DNA of 64,000 bases, from assembly GCA_951406725.2 (NCBI GenBank), contig OX597816.1, forward strand, positions 121,272,001 through 121,336,000, written 5' to 3'. The notes under the pieces were generated by a model. The model was not told where the DNA came from and ran no database searches. It was given only the letters and a program-made list of their open reading frames with translations. Below are positions 1 to 12,064 of this stretch, piece by piece. Each line of letters opens with the position of its first letter. Within the stretch, counting starts at the first letter, position 1. The translations under genes were made by a program, and so were the position numbers. The DNA comes from Octopus vulgaris (Eukaryota).

Positions 1-120
1 GGCAAAAGAAACCGATAAAATAAGTACTAGGCTTACAAAGAATAAGCCCTGGAGTCGATTTGTTCGACTAAAGACGGTTCTCCAGCATGGTCGCAGTCAA
101 ATGACTAAAACAGATAAAAG
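1..120 (+). mobile_element. 3' part of SINE family A
   Basis: Matches the 3' half of the copy at 5754-6101 (GGCAAAAGA.ACCGATA..ATAAGTACTAGGCTT...CTCCAGCATG..CGCAGTCAAATG). Confidence 0.8.
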
Positions 121-151
121 AATCTATCTATCTATCTGTCTATCAATCTAA

Positions 152-234
<83 letters not shown>

Positions 235-258
235 CTCTTTGTATTTTCATGTTTGGAT

Positions 259-315
<57 letters not shown>

Positions 316-435
316 TAATCGTATATAGGGTATGTTTTTTAAATTTTCTCCTGGTTTACTGAATTAACTTTTATTTGCGGTTAGCTTTGGCTGTTATTTC
401 TAGTGGGTGAATTATTATGGCCGTTCCTTTATTGT

Positions 436-464
<29 letters not shown>

Positions 465-472
<8 letters not shown>

Positions 473-672
473 ATCCAAACATGAAAATACAAAGAGAAAA
501 CACAACAACGCGACGACGTGGAACAAGTATAGTGTTATTGGACGCTCTGGAAAGGAAAGAAAGAAGGAGGATTTAACGTTTCAAGCGGAGCTCTTCATCA
601 GAAACATAAGAAAAGGAAAGATCCAAGGAAAGGAAGACGGAGGAAAAAATCGCCAATGCTACACACGCGGTA
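465..672 (-). mobile_element. Penelope-like element terminal-repeat fragment embedded in (TA)n
   Basis: Carries a minimal hammerhead motif on the minus strand. 465-500 also occurs inverted at 231-266, as expected of PLE pseudo-LTRs. Confidence 0.5.
571..608 (-). ncRNA. Minimal type I hammerhead ribozyme motif
   Basis: Minus strand reads GUUU-CUGAUGA-A-GAGC-UCC-GCUU-GAAAC-GUU-AAAU: catalytic core, stem II, palindromic AACGUU helix III and a short stem I. Confidence 0.55.
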
Positions 673-1986
673 TATATATATATATATATATAATATTTTC
701 AAATGAGTTCCTTGCGGTTTATTTGAAACAAAAAAATTCCTAAACCTTTCAACAGCAACCTTTCTCGACTTTCATCTCACCTTAGTCTCATCTTAAGAAT
801 GAAGTAATATTGAAGTATGCTGGTAACTTTTGATAGCATTTAAAGTCAATGTGATTGGTGTTTATATTATAGCAGGAAGTTGAATTTTGACAGTAAGATT
901 TACTTGACATCACTCGGAATTTTATTATTGTCTGTGACTAGTGTAGAGGTAGATGTTTCCTCCATTTTTAATTTAACATTGTGCTATGTTATTAGCATTG
1001 TTTCCATCGTTATTCATCTATTTTTGAGAAGAATTCTGTGGAGTATAGAGGTATTGTTCACTAATGTTTTCCTATCCAATTTAATTTTGCATTGTGTGAT
1101 GTAGTGCATTGCAAGTAGCACCTACTGCACGAGCATGGTGAGCTGGTGTATAAGGGTCGTAATTGTCGGACTAATATAACTGTTGAAGTCGTGAAGTTTA
1201 TAACTTTCACATTATTACTAGCTTTTCCGTAGATTTACATGTTTGTGGTTTGTTATGAATAAGAAAGTTTCTATCGGCCAATCACACCTGTTTTACAACA
1301 AGTGTGATTAGCAAATGAGTGTATAGGAGTGACGCGGGTTTTTGAGGCCAACAACGAAAAAGAAAAATTGAAAACCTTGAAATTTTTTAACTTAACTGTT
1401 TTATGCCACCTCATTTTCACGATAATTCAGCGTCCCTTCGCGGTCCCCTTAAAATCGCTTCGCGGTCTCCTAGGGGACCGCTAACCACAGTTTGAGAACT
1501 ACTGGCCTACACCTATCATATTGCCACTACCGGCTATTAAGAAGAAGCACATCACGAAGGAAGGCAGTGTCCATGACCAGTTACAGGGCTGCCTGGTAGG
1601 ATGGAAGGAAGAAGGTATCCTTAACTCGCAAACTTGACTCGAATGCTTGCGTTAGATGGATTCTGCTTAAGACACGTAAGGTGCCAGATGTTGATGTTAA
1701 GCCTGGTGATGAGTTAAATCAACCAACCTGTGCAATTTCAGAATTTGAGCTCAGAACGGAAATAGCTGGGATATATACTGCAAAGCAACCAGTCCAACGT
1801 GATTACAATTCCGCCATTCCACTGTCTTAAACTAACCTTTTCTTTTATCGACAAGGAGGAAAGACAAAAACTTTACATTGGCAAGATTTTAATTCAGAGC
1901 GGAGACAGTCAAAACAAACAACGCGAAGTAAACTGTCTAACACTCTTATCAAGAAACATAGAAAAGTATCAATATCACAAAACGTA

Positions 1987-2197
1987 CGAAGGGGTGCAGA
2001 AAAGTTCCTGACTTTACTCAAAAGAAAATGCAGGGGGATCAGTTAATTTTATTCAACATATTCCTCTCCCAAATCCACACACTTATTGCAGTGGTTGTTC
2101 AGTTTTTCTAAGACCAGTAAAAGACCTCGGAAGTTTGGGCCTCCAACCAGGCCTTCCGCGACAACCTTAAAGCCAGGAACTTTTTATCACCCCCTCG
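1987..2197. mobile_element. Mariner-derived MITE
   Basis: TA-flanked TIRs CGAAGGGGTGCAGAAAAGTTCCTG / CAGGAACTTTTTATCACCCCCTCG. A second copy in the opposite orientation starts at 63823. Confidence 0.8.
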
Positions 2198-2394
2198 TAA
2201 GACGATAAGAAATTTTATAATAGTATTCTTCTAATTCCCTGATAGAGGGGCCGATCATAACGGATCAAAACTGCATTTGATAGATGGCAGAAATAATAAA
2301 TTCTGACTAACGAAAGTTCTAGAAAGACCAAATGTATACGCGTTGTTGTTTGTTCCAATTCAGATATCATAAATATAAAAAATAATTATTCCTA

Positions 2395-2590
2395 GTATAA
2401 GTACAAGGACTGAAATCTTGTGGGGAGGTGGCTAGTCCATTACACCGACCCCAGTGCGTAACTAATACTTATTTTATCGACCCCAAAAGTATGAAAAGTA
2501 TAGACGGCCTCGGCGGAATTTGAACTCAGGCGGACAAAATGCTACTAAGAAATTTTATCTGACATGCTAACGATTCTGTCTTCTCAGCAT
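2395..2590 (-). mobile_element. SINE family B, diverged
   Basis: Reverse-complement match to 30400-30633 (CGACCCCAGTGCGTAACT, CCTCGGCGGAATTTGAACTCAG). Confidence 0.7.
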
Positions 2591-2858
2591 CTTTAAATAT
2601 AGGAAAAGTACAGACACTTTATTCTTTGTTCCAGCCTCCTCGATTTTTTTTCAAGTTTCAGTTGAAAAGGAATTTGAGGCTACAGACTCCTTTTAAAATC
2701 CTCTTCTGATTTACCTACCACCTCCTTATCCACTCTTTTATTTTTTAATCGCACATTTTTCAATTCACCTAATTAACTTCTATCACAAGAAATGTTTGAT
2801 AGCGACAGAAGCAGTCTTAATACCAAAAGTAATCTTGATCTCCAAATTAATGTGAAGG

Positions 2859-3236
2859 TTACCTTGAGAGAAACTCTAATAAGGACTCGTGGTGGATAAA
2901 AGCACTCGAAATTATATCACTAGCAGACGAAAATCGTCTGATACGGTGGTATTCACTATTAATTATTCCTTTAATAAGCCTCTGGCTATCGGTAACACCA
3001 GTGCCTGAATAGACACTGAGATTCTATATATCATTGACTGAGGATTCGACTGATGTTGCGGTACTGGACATCTGTCACTGAGGAACCCACAGTAGAGTGA
3101 AATCACGTGATCTAGCAGTTCCAGCAGTCGTAGCAGATGCTTTTTGTCTGTCAACGATATCATTTCGAGAGCTTTTATGTACCATGAGTCCTTCAGAAAG
3201 TTTCTCTCAAGGTAAATAACTCAGTATTTTGTGTTC
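2859..3236. repeat. Fold-back (palindromic) element, copy 1
   Basis: ~88-bp imperfect inverted arms at 2859-2946 and 3128-3215 (TTACCTTGAGAGAAACT.../...AGTTTCTCTCAAGGTAA). Confidence 0.8.
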
Positions 3237-3739
3237 TGACTTCTATCACAGTTTTCTTTTTGCTCGAGGATCCCCACCCCACAATCCTATCACTACTATC
3301 TGTGCCATATCTCATGCTGAGTTTTCGATTCCCACCCCCATGTCCTAGAAGATAACGCCGTCATTTGTCAGATACCGGATTTAACTATAGTTCATAAACA
3401 TGTAAGCAACGAAAATCTTACATTGTTTATATTTAATATAACTGTTCCGGAACAATAAATGCTGTACATTATCAATTACCAACATAATAATAAATATATC
3501 TAAGCACATTCCGCTATGAGAAGCATTTAGTGTTGATATACTGGTTTTGACAGAAAATGGCCCAAACAAAATTCAAAATCATGAACATGTTGATGACGTA
3601 CTTGTTCTCTTTCTCTCTTTAGCTTAACCCGAGACTCCATTGTTGCAACACTAAATATGTTTCAATTAATTGTATTAATTGGTGGTAACGTTACAAGCTA
3701 GTAGGCTACCAGAGGTTTTGTGGAAGGTCATAGATTCCA

Positions 3740-3997
3740 TCACCGAATCTGTCGAGAAGGTTTTGATAAAGAGGGTACACCAGCGGCTTGTTGCTGCTGT
3801 TGGGATGCAAGTTGGAGTTTGATCAAACCCGGTTGGGTCATCTGGTTGAAGGGGCCCTGATTCCGAAAGACTACTTCCCACCAGACTCCAGTAACATCAC
3901 AGATGATGCATTCCAGAGCCACCGTAATATGTGACTTCAAACTATATGATGTCATTCGTTTTCTAAAATTTCCGTCAAAATTCTTTTGTGAATACAT
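3740..3997 (-). CDS. Possible isolated coding exon, product unknown
   Basis: 85-aa non-repetitive ORF (KRMTSYSLKSHITVALECIICDVTGVWWEVVF...) in more GC-balanced sequence, with a candidate acceptor AG at 3963-3964. No family recognised. Confidence 0.15.
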   Translation of the reverse strand: MYSQKNFDGNFRKRMTSYSLKSHITVALECIICDVTGVWWEVVFRNQGPFNQMTQPGLIKLQLASQQQQQAAGVPSLSKPSRQIR

Positions 3998-5753
3998 TAA
4001 TCTCGTGCACCTAAGTAAGTGTCACCAAAGAATCAGACATGATGTTTATTGACAATCTCAAACTTACCTTTATAAATAGGATAGAACTAAATACTTTAAT
4101 AGTCTAAGAGAAACTTTTTCAGAGAAAAAAAAATTGTTCCACAAGCAATTTAGCCGGATGTTGTTGTTTTGCTCTAGGTCAAGCTTGATTATGTATATTT
4201 TTTTAATGAAAGCCTTATTACCGTGATCATCCTGTCATTTATTTCTTCTTATGCTGATTTATCATCTAATGTACCCTCCATTATTTTAATGACTATGTAG
4301 AGTGACTTTAAGAAGATTTGGCTGCTAATTCTAGCGGTGGAGTGAGTAACCACATAGAAGCTTCCACGTTGGCTCGCAGTTTATCAGGTAAATCAGAGGA
4401 TATAGCAATAAAAGATCAGTAGGCTGGTTGAAGCACAAACTCTTATCAAAGTGGGTTAATTTTATTAGAGAAAGAATTGACAAAACCTGGTGAGATAAGT
4501 TAGTGTCGACTCCGTGGTAGAGTAGATAAAAGCGTCAATCATATAGTGTGTGTGTGTGTGTGATAGTATATCAACAAAAATTTTGAAATTGTATAGCACC
4601 GGGCTATGTGTGTGTGCGTGTGTGTGTGTGTGTGTGTGTGCGTGCGTGCGTGATAGTGAGTGTGTGTATGTGTGTGAGAATAAGTAAATGTTTTCTTTCC
4701 CCTCCTTTTTAAAAGTAAATACAAACCGGAAGCTATATTTGAAAACGAGGTTTAAAGGAAATCCTATAAGGAAATTTTCGGTAAAAACTGACCATGTAAA
4801 AGAGACATGGAAACTGATTACGATAATGATAAAAATTAGAGGCAAACTGTGTAAAACCATACACATTTTTTTCATATTTGAAGTGAGTTCAAGTAAAATA
4901 AAAATAGGTAACTGGAAAAACAAATCAAAAGGAAACAAAGAAAAAATACGAAAACCGAGATTTACTTTGGTAAAGAAATAAAAATACTATGGTATAATTG
5001 TTCAAATTATCCTGACTGTTGTTGAAACTTTGAGAACAACTATAAAATAGCAGCTTAAAAAAAAGAAACGACGTAAATTTGAATTGACAGGTGTGGTTGT
5101 TGACGTGTATTCCAGGTCAACTTTGATCGTGCTGACGTATGACACGCAGGTAAAAGGAGCAACTGAAGGACTACATGCATTGCCGAATCGCATGGGAGTT
5201 GGGGAGCGTGCTGTGAGGACATACTGTACTTGTCAGCTGTCCTGTTTCTGTGTGCTTGTACATTCTTGTAGGAGTTGGAGCGGATTTGGACAAAATGAGT
5301 GGTGTCCTAGCCGAAGAAATGAGAACAACTCCTACTAAAATTAGCTGTCAGTTCTCTTTCAAATATTACCTATCATCTTGAAATGATTTAATTGTTACTC
5401 ATGTTAGTGTCGTGAACATCTGACAAATCCTTCACTCTTGAAGAGAATTATTATCAAGATACGAATCCGGTTAACATGCAATTTATCGTTGTAAAAAAGT
5501 GAAAGTAAATTGCGACAGAAACTGGCAGTGACGACAGTGGCATGCTAGAATTTCATAAAACACGTTAATATCCGATGGGTGGGCTTCCTAAGTGGCTCAC
5601 AGTAACTTCTGTACTCATGATGCAGTCAAGCATTCATTCAATTTTGTTGATCCAAACGATGACAGCGTCCATGCATAAACTATGGAAGGACAATGGATGC
5701 TCGCCAAGAAGTACTTAGGCGACAATGTGGCACAAGTGATGATTTATTTATAT

Positions 5754-6101
5754 CGCGTAGGAGTGGCTGTGTGGTAAGTAACTTGGTTACTAACCACATG
5801 ATTCCGGGATCATTCCCACTGCGTGGCACCTTGGGCAAGTGTCTTCTACTATAGCCTCGGGCCGACCAAAGCCTGAAAGAAGCCCGTCGAATATATGTAT
5901 ATTTATATGTATGTGTGTGTGTATATGTTTGTGTGTCTGTGTTTGTCCCCCAACATCGCTTGACAACCGATGGTGGTGTGCTTTCGTCTCCGTAACTTAG
6001 CGGTTCGGCAAAAGAGACCGATAGGATAAGTACTAGGCTTCCAAAGAATAAAAGCGGTGCTCCAGCATGACCGCAGTCAAATGGCTGAAACAAGTAAAAG
6101 A
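5754..6101 (+). mobile_element. tRNA-derived SINE family A with internal microsatellite
   Basis: A-box-like TGGCTGTGTGG and B-box-like GATCATTCCC head, then CCTTGGGCAAGTGTCTT, an internal (TA/TG)n tract and an ACAAGTAAAAG end. Many copies in the window. Confidence 0.85.
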
Positions 6102-6366
6102 GTGATTTATATCACTTCTTCATGTTCTCTCAAACCTAGAGAACATGAAAAAATATTCATTAATGTCATCTTGTGCATCAATGACTTAAATTTTCTCGTA
6201 AATGCGATTGTTGTCAACTTAATTTTAAATTCCTATTTTGTTTTTCACGCATTAATTTGTGTAGATTGAACCACGTAAAATGTTTCTTGCAATACATACA
6301 AATACATACATCTAATGCAAAATTCTTTCAGGATCCCCAATTTACTATCCGTACACTATACTTGGT

Positions 6367-6965
6367 AGCTCTTTAAGCAACGAGTTCATGGGTGGTTAAT
6401 GAGTTGAATATGGTGCTGAAGACAGAGCATACACCCATTACCTATTTTTACACCTTTAACTACATTGTTTACATTTGATGTATTCGGATACGAAAAGTCG
6501 TAACAAATCAGTGCTGGCAATAATTTCTTTAGAAAATCTGTAGATAACCATAAAAAAATGATTTAATAGCACTGATAACACAGTAGGACACAGTATTGAC
6601 GTATAAAGCGTTTAATATACTTTATAGCATATTATGGTTACATAACAAAATACGGTGTCCCTACAAGTAACTAATGGATACGTACCAGCTGCCATGAATG
6701 TGTTTAAAATGTAAAATTGGTATATCTAATCGTGTTACACCGCTATATTTAGTGGCTATTTAAGCAATGAGTTCGTGGATGGTCAATAGGTTGGATGTGG
6801 TGCTGAAGAAGGAGAAAGGACTTCTGAAATATGCATATAAACCCATTACCTATTTTCCCATCTTAGATCGCATAGTTTACAATAGAAGCATTCGGATAAG
6901 AAACGTTGTAACAAATCAGTGCTGGCTACAATTCTATAGAAAATCTGTGCAGATAACCGTAAAAA
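6367..6965 (+). repeat. Diverged local duplication of ~200 bp (6367-6557 vs 6754-6965)
   Basis: Colinear shared blocks TTTAAGCAA, TGGTGCTGAAGA, ACCCATTACCTATTTT, GTAACAAATCAGTGCTGGC, AGAAAATCTGT. Confidence 0.75.
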
Positions 6966-7034
6966 GTGGTTTCCATATCATATAGAATATATGTACGTTA
7001 TATATCTTGGCTATGTTACATACATTATTTAAGT

Positions 7035-7365
7035 CAGGGGTTCTCAACAATTTTTTTTAATTATCTATGGACCCCTTTAATTGCTATTTTATTCTGGTGG
7101 ACCCCCATAGCCATTCGATGTTTAAAAACTAGCTCTAAAGAAATTTATTTTAAATCCTTATTTTGCTTTTCTCGCATTAATTTGTGTAGGTTGAACCATG
7201 AAAAATGTTTCTTACAATACATACCAATACATACATCTAAAGCGAAAATTTTTCAGGGCCCTTAAAATACTATTGTGGATCCCCAATTTACTGTTTTGTT
7301 ATGTGAACCCTTAAAAATCTTTATGGACGCTCGGGGGCCATATGAACCCCAGTTGGGAACCACTG
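7035..7365. mobile_element. hAT-type MITE
   Basis: TIRs CAGGGGTTCTCAAC / GTTGGGAACCACTG. Homologous to 17524-17999 and 63015-63356. Confidence 0.8.
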
Positions 7366-7679
7366 GCTTAAATAAAATTTTAGGAGGCCACTGTTAAAAC
7401 TTCCGGTTTCTAACACAATTTACTTTCGTTTTTTTTTAAAGAGAATTACTTTCATACGATGGTATATTCCTTGCAAACCTATGACTGTTGTGAAAATTTG
7501 TGACGGTGCAGGTTAGGGTATTCATTTCTATCTTAATTAACATTATTACCTTAAAGATGGAAAATGGTTTTCAAATGGTTTAAATCAGGAATTGGAATTG
7601 TATCGTCTACGAACATAGCTGACTTTAACTTTACCTATTTTTATTTTACCGCATTTCGTTAATCTTGGTGGTACTGCTA

Positions 7680-7882
7680 CTGGCGGTGATAGTGACGATT
7701 TTAGTGGTCTTGGTGGTCTTGGCGACAGTGGCGACGACGACGAAAATGATAATGATGATGATGATGACGAGGACAACGACGACGACGACGATGATAATGA
7801 TCATGGCAACGAGACGACGACGAAGATGATGATGTGATGATAATGATGACGACGACAATGATGATGATGTAGATATTGTTGT

Positions 7883-7919
<37 letters not shown>

Positions 7920-8013
7920 CAAGGACACAATCCTCGTTATACTGATCATAGGTCAGCTCGATTTAGGCTAATCACGAACCAAAACAACAATTCAACAACA
8001 ACAACAACTACTA

Positions 8014-8053
<40 letters not shown>

Positions 8054-8095
8054 AGTTGCTGCTGCTGCCACTGCTACTGCTGCTACCACTACTAT
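7680..8095. repeat. Compound trinucleotide repeats (GAT/GAC/CAA/CTA/CTG)
   Basis: Seen directly. Confidence 0.9.
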
Positions 8096-8859
8096 GATCC
8101 GTGTCACCAGTTAACTGTGCGCTGTGTACACAGCGTATGGTTCTGTATCATCTGCTTTGAAAGTTTTTTTTATTTTCTATTTCTATTCGACTATCTCTTA
8201 CGTGGATGTCTAACTACCTGCTCCTGACTATAGAAATGTCCACAGTATTTCCTTTCTTATATGTCTTATCTGGGTACAGAGGTCGTCAAGGGTGTCTGCC
8301 TAACTGGCAACAGATATTGCACTGAAAGTAATTTTTTTTTCTTTTTTTTTTTTCATTTTCTTTCCTATTCTTTAGACGAGCCTTTACCTTGCTTTTGTCA
8401 CTGAACAAAAGCAGTTGTTCAAATATATTTTTTAACCTGGTTATATATATATAGGACTCGATGTCCTCTATCTTATCTGGATAAAGCATGGTTGTTGCTT
8501 GTTGCTCTAGCTTACCTGTAAAGAGGCAGTGAATCTATCATGCCTACTTAACTGTAGAGAGTTGGCAAAGTTGTTATAGGGCTTACTATGAATTAGCTCT
8601 AGTTCGCTGTTTTACAAGTTCAAATCTCGATGGGTTCAACTTTGTTTTTCATACCTTCAGTGTCAAAAATTATAAATATAATGCAAGTCCTGTTCAAGTA
8701 AAATATTTGTGTATACAATGTATATATATATATTTTTTTACCTCATTCCCCCTTTTTTCTTTCTTCACTTTATCATTTTTCGTACCCCTCCCCCCAGTTG
8801 TGAATTTTCCTTGCATCATCCGATGCACCTGTGGTAAATAAAAGAAATTATTGTTATTG

Positions 8860-9335
8860 TCTATGGTGAAAGAGGTTGTGTGGAAGACGAGGTTGAACGG
8901 ATTGAGGAAAGAAACTTACCTGTAAGGTTAAGCCCTCATAGGGTTTTTAAGGTTCCATCTACAAAGGAAAGTGAGGGCGGAGGGGTAAGTGATCTCACAC
9001 ATTGAATTTGCCAAAGAGTTTCGACTGTAGCAAAAAGGATGAAACAACCTTCTCCAAGCAGGCCCCTGTAGATTCGAGAGCAACAGTTGGGTGAGGGCTT
9101 GTGCCCTTCGTGATCCGAGTGATCCTGGATCTGTGGGATTCCTTGAAAGGCTTTTCAATGGAGGACTGAATCATCATTCTTATTCACGTATTTTTAATAC
9201 AATGTATACCTTTTTTTTTATCTCATTCCTTGCTTCTCTCCCTTTTCTCCCTTGTCTTTTATGTAAAACTCTACACAACTTGTAAACTGTACTTGTATTC
9301 CTCATCTGATGCTTCTGTGACAAATAAAAAAGCAT
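8860..9335 (+). mobile_element. Tx1/L1-like LINE 3' remnant
   Basis: Translates to MVKEVVWKTRLNGLRKETYL*G*ALIGFLRFHLQRKVRAE, resembling an ORF2 C-terminus. Ends in AATAAA plus an (ATC/ATT)n tail. Similar 3' ends at ~8730-8860 and ~45510-45820. Confidence 0.5.
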
Positions 9336-9401
9336 CACCACCACCACTATCATCATCATCATCATCATCATTATCATCATTATTATTATTATTATTATTA
9401 C

Positions 9402-9464
<63 letters not shown>

Positions 9465-9536
9465 CATCATCATCATTATCATCATCATCATTATTATTAT
9501 TATTATTATTATTATAATTATAATAATTATTATCAT
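9333..9536. repeat. (ATC)n/(ATT)n microsatellite
   Basis: Seen directly. Confidence 0.95.
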
Positions 9537-10313
9537 ATTCTTTTTCTGGATTATACATGGTGTTATCCAAAGATCCAACTTTGTCACACTGTGTTACACT
9601 GACTGACGCGGTCTGAGAATTGCATTATGGGTACACATATTTATGGAATACATAGCCGTTTATACGTTAATTTCATGTGGAACTCATTTGTTCACGAGGA
9701 ACAAATGAATACTCATCGTCGTGACTGACGGAGAATCTACCACAAAGTATAGATAGCTGTTAATTGGTGTTCTGGGAATAGCACTAATATTCCATATTCT
9801 ATCTCAACTGGATACATAGAACACAGCTATTGCGAGTTGCTTTAAACTCACCTGTGTGTATAAATAACAGTTATTAATTGATATTCTGAGAAGAGAGCGA
9901 TGTCTTGATGTTGGATCTTATCAGAGTATATGTAGATAAACATAATCAACTCCTAAACACTATATACAGATAACAAAACTCCCCAAAGAACTAACAGTTG
10001 TTTAGATTTTTTTATCTGCATATATTCATTACATAAAGTGCTTTTTTTTTTATTTATCTGAATATTAATGTTGATTAACGTTGCAGCTTTTATCTTTATT
10101 TCAGTACACGGTCATTTACAACTTAAAGACACGTAAATGATATTTTAAATAAAAAAAGGAAAAAGAAAACCAACTCCAAATATATGCTGGGTTCTTTTTG
10201 AGTTTTTTTTAATAATAAATATCTTTTATTGAAAATTCAGCACGATATTTCCCCCACCAAAACATAAAAAAAGAAAAATAATGGTAAAAATGAGAACGAG
10301 GCGTGATTCTTCT

Positions 10314-10840
10314 TCACTGTTCATGTAATACATTAAGGTCTCCTCACTGTCCACTGTTCATGCAATACATTAAGGTCTCCTCACTGTTCCCTGTTCATGT
10401 AATACATTAAGGCCTCCTCACTGTTCACTGTTCATGTAATACATTAAGGCCTCCTCACTGTTCACTGTTCATGTAATACATTACGGCCTCCTCACTGTTC
10501 ACTGTTCATGTAATACGTTACGGCCTCCTCACTGTTCACTGTTCATGTAATACATTAAGGTCCCCTCACTGTTCCCTGTTCATGTAATACATTAAGGCCT
10601 CCTCACTGTTCACTGTTCATGTAATACATTACGGCCTCCTCACTGTTCATGTAATACATTAAGGTCCCCTCACTGTTCCCTGTTCATGTAATACATTAAG
10701 GCCTCCTCACTGTTCATGTAATACGTTACTGCCTCCTCACTGTTCACTGTTCATGTAATACGTTACGGCCTCCTCACTGTTCACTGTTCATGTAATACGT
10801 TAAGGTCTCCTCACTGTTCACTGTTCATGTAATATATTAA
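10314..10840. repeat. Minisatellite, 37-bp unit with some 30-bp variants, ~14-15 copies
   Basis: Unit CTCACTGTTCACTGTTCATGTAATACATTAAGGCCTC arranged head to tail with no spacers. Confidence 0.95.
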
Positions 10841-11072
10841 AATCTTTCACACCGCTTCTCAAGTATCACTTTCTTCTACTTGTTCGTCTCTTCTATCTTA
10901 GCTTTATATCACTTAGCATAGCACTACAGCATCTCACCACCCTACTACGGCGTTACCCTCTTACCACTCTGTACTAGTCTTCTCCACAAAGTCTTGTCCT
11001 CTTCTGAAGGAAGGCAAGTTTTAATCCAATTATAAATTAAATACTACAATCTAAGAATTTTAATAATGGTTT

Positions 11073-11267
11073 CTCTTTTACTTGTTTCACTCATTAGACT
11101 GCAGCCATGCTATAGTACCGCCTGAAGAATTTTTAGTCAAATGTATCGACCCCAGTACTCATCTTTTTAAAGCCTGGCACTTATTCTATAGGTTCCTTTT
11201 GCCGAACTGCTAAGTTACAGGAACGTAAAGCGCACCGGTTGTCAAGCGGTGGGGGGGACACACATAG

Positions 11268-11321
<54 letters not shown>

Positions 11322-11459
11322 CTATGTGTGTATCTCTTTGTGTCTGTATATATTTTTATAAATTAATACTTCAAATATACCGTAAACGGTCTTTTTCCAT
11401 ACCGAATACTGCTTGGTCGAATTGATTAACAATTAATTAATTCTACCCCTTTTTTACTG

Positions 11460-11512
<53 letters not shown>

Positions 11513-11797
11513 AGGCGCAATGGCCCAGTGGTTAGGGCAGCGGACTCGCGATTTCGATTCCCAGATCGGGCGTTGTGAGTGTTTATTGAGCGAAAACACT
11601 TAAAGCTCCACGAGGCTCCGGCAGGGAGTGGGTTGGCGATCCCTGCTGTACTCTTTCGCCACAAGTTTCTCTCTCTCTTTCTTCTGTTGGTGGCCTGCTC
11701 GGTTAGTCAGCGGGGTGGCGTCATTTGAAGGCTAAAACAATGCGAAGTGCATTGTGACCAGCGATGTGTAGCAACATCTGATAGACTGGTCGGTCAC

Positions 11798-11848
<51 letters not shown>

Positions 11849-11932
11849 GAAGACACTTGCTGAATGTGCCACGCAGTGGAACTGAACTCGAAACCATGTG
11901 ATAGGGAAGCAAGCTTCTACCACACCTGCGCC
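11073..11932 (-). mobile_element. SINE family A interrupted at its internal microsatellite
   Basis: 3' half at ~11073-11265 and head at ~11845-11932, with (TA)n and a family C SINE between them. Confidence 0.65.
11511..11800 (+). mobile_element. tRNA(Arg)-like SINE family C
   Basis: GGAGGCGCAATGGCCCAGTGGTTAGGGCAGCGGACTCGCG head with A box, TTCGATTCCC B box and a TCG anticodon-like triplet. Flanked by (TA)n. Confidence 0.85.
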
Positions 11933-11968
11933 TTTTGAATAATAATAATAAAAAATAAAAAAAATAAA

Positions 11969-12064
<96 letters not shown>

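Noticed and set aside
7549-7635. Candidate minus-strand exon
   Set aside because: Purine-rich acceptor and stops in all three frames.
10314-10840. CRISPR-like 37-bp repeats
   Set aside because: Head-to-tail units with no unique spacers, no cas genes and a eukaryotic context.
11511-11570. tRNA gene (also 45203 and 51090-51161)
   Set aside because: tRNA-like SINE heads that continue into SINE bodies and lack a complete cloverleaf.
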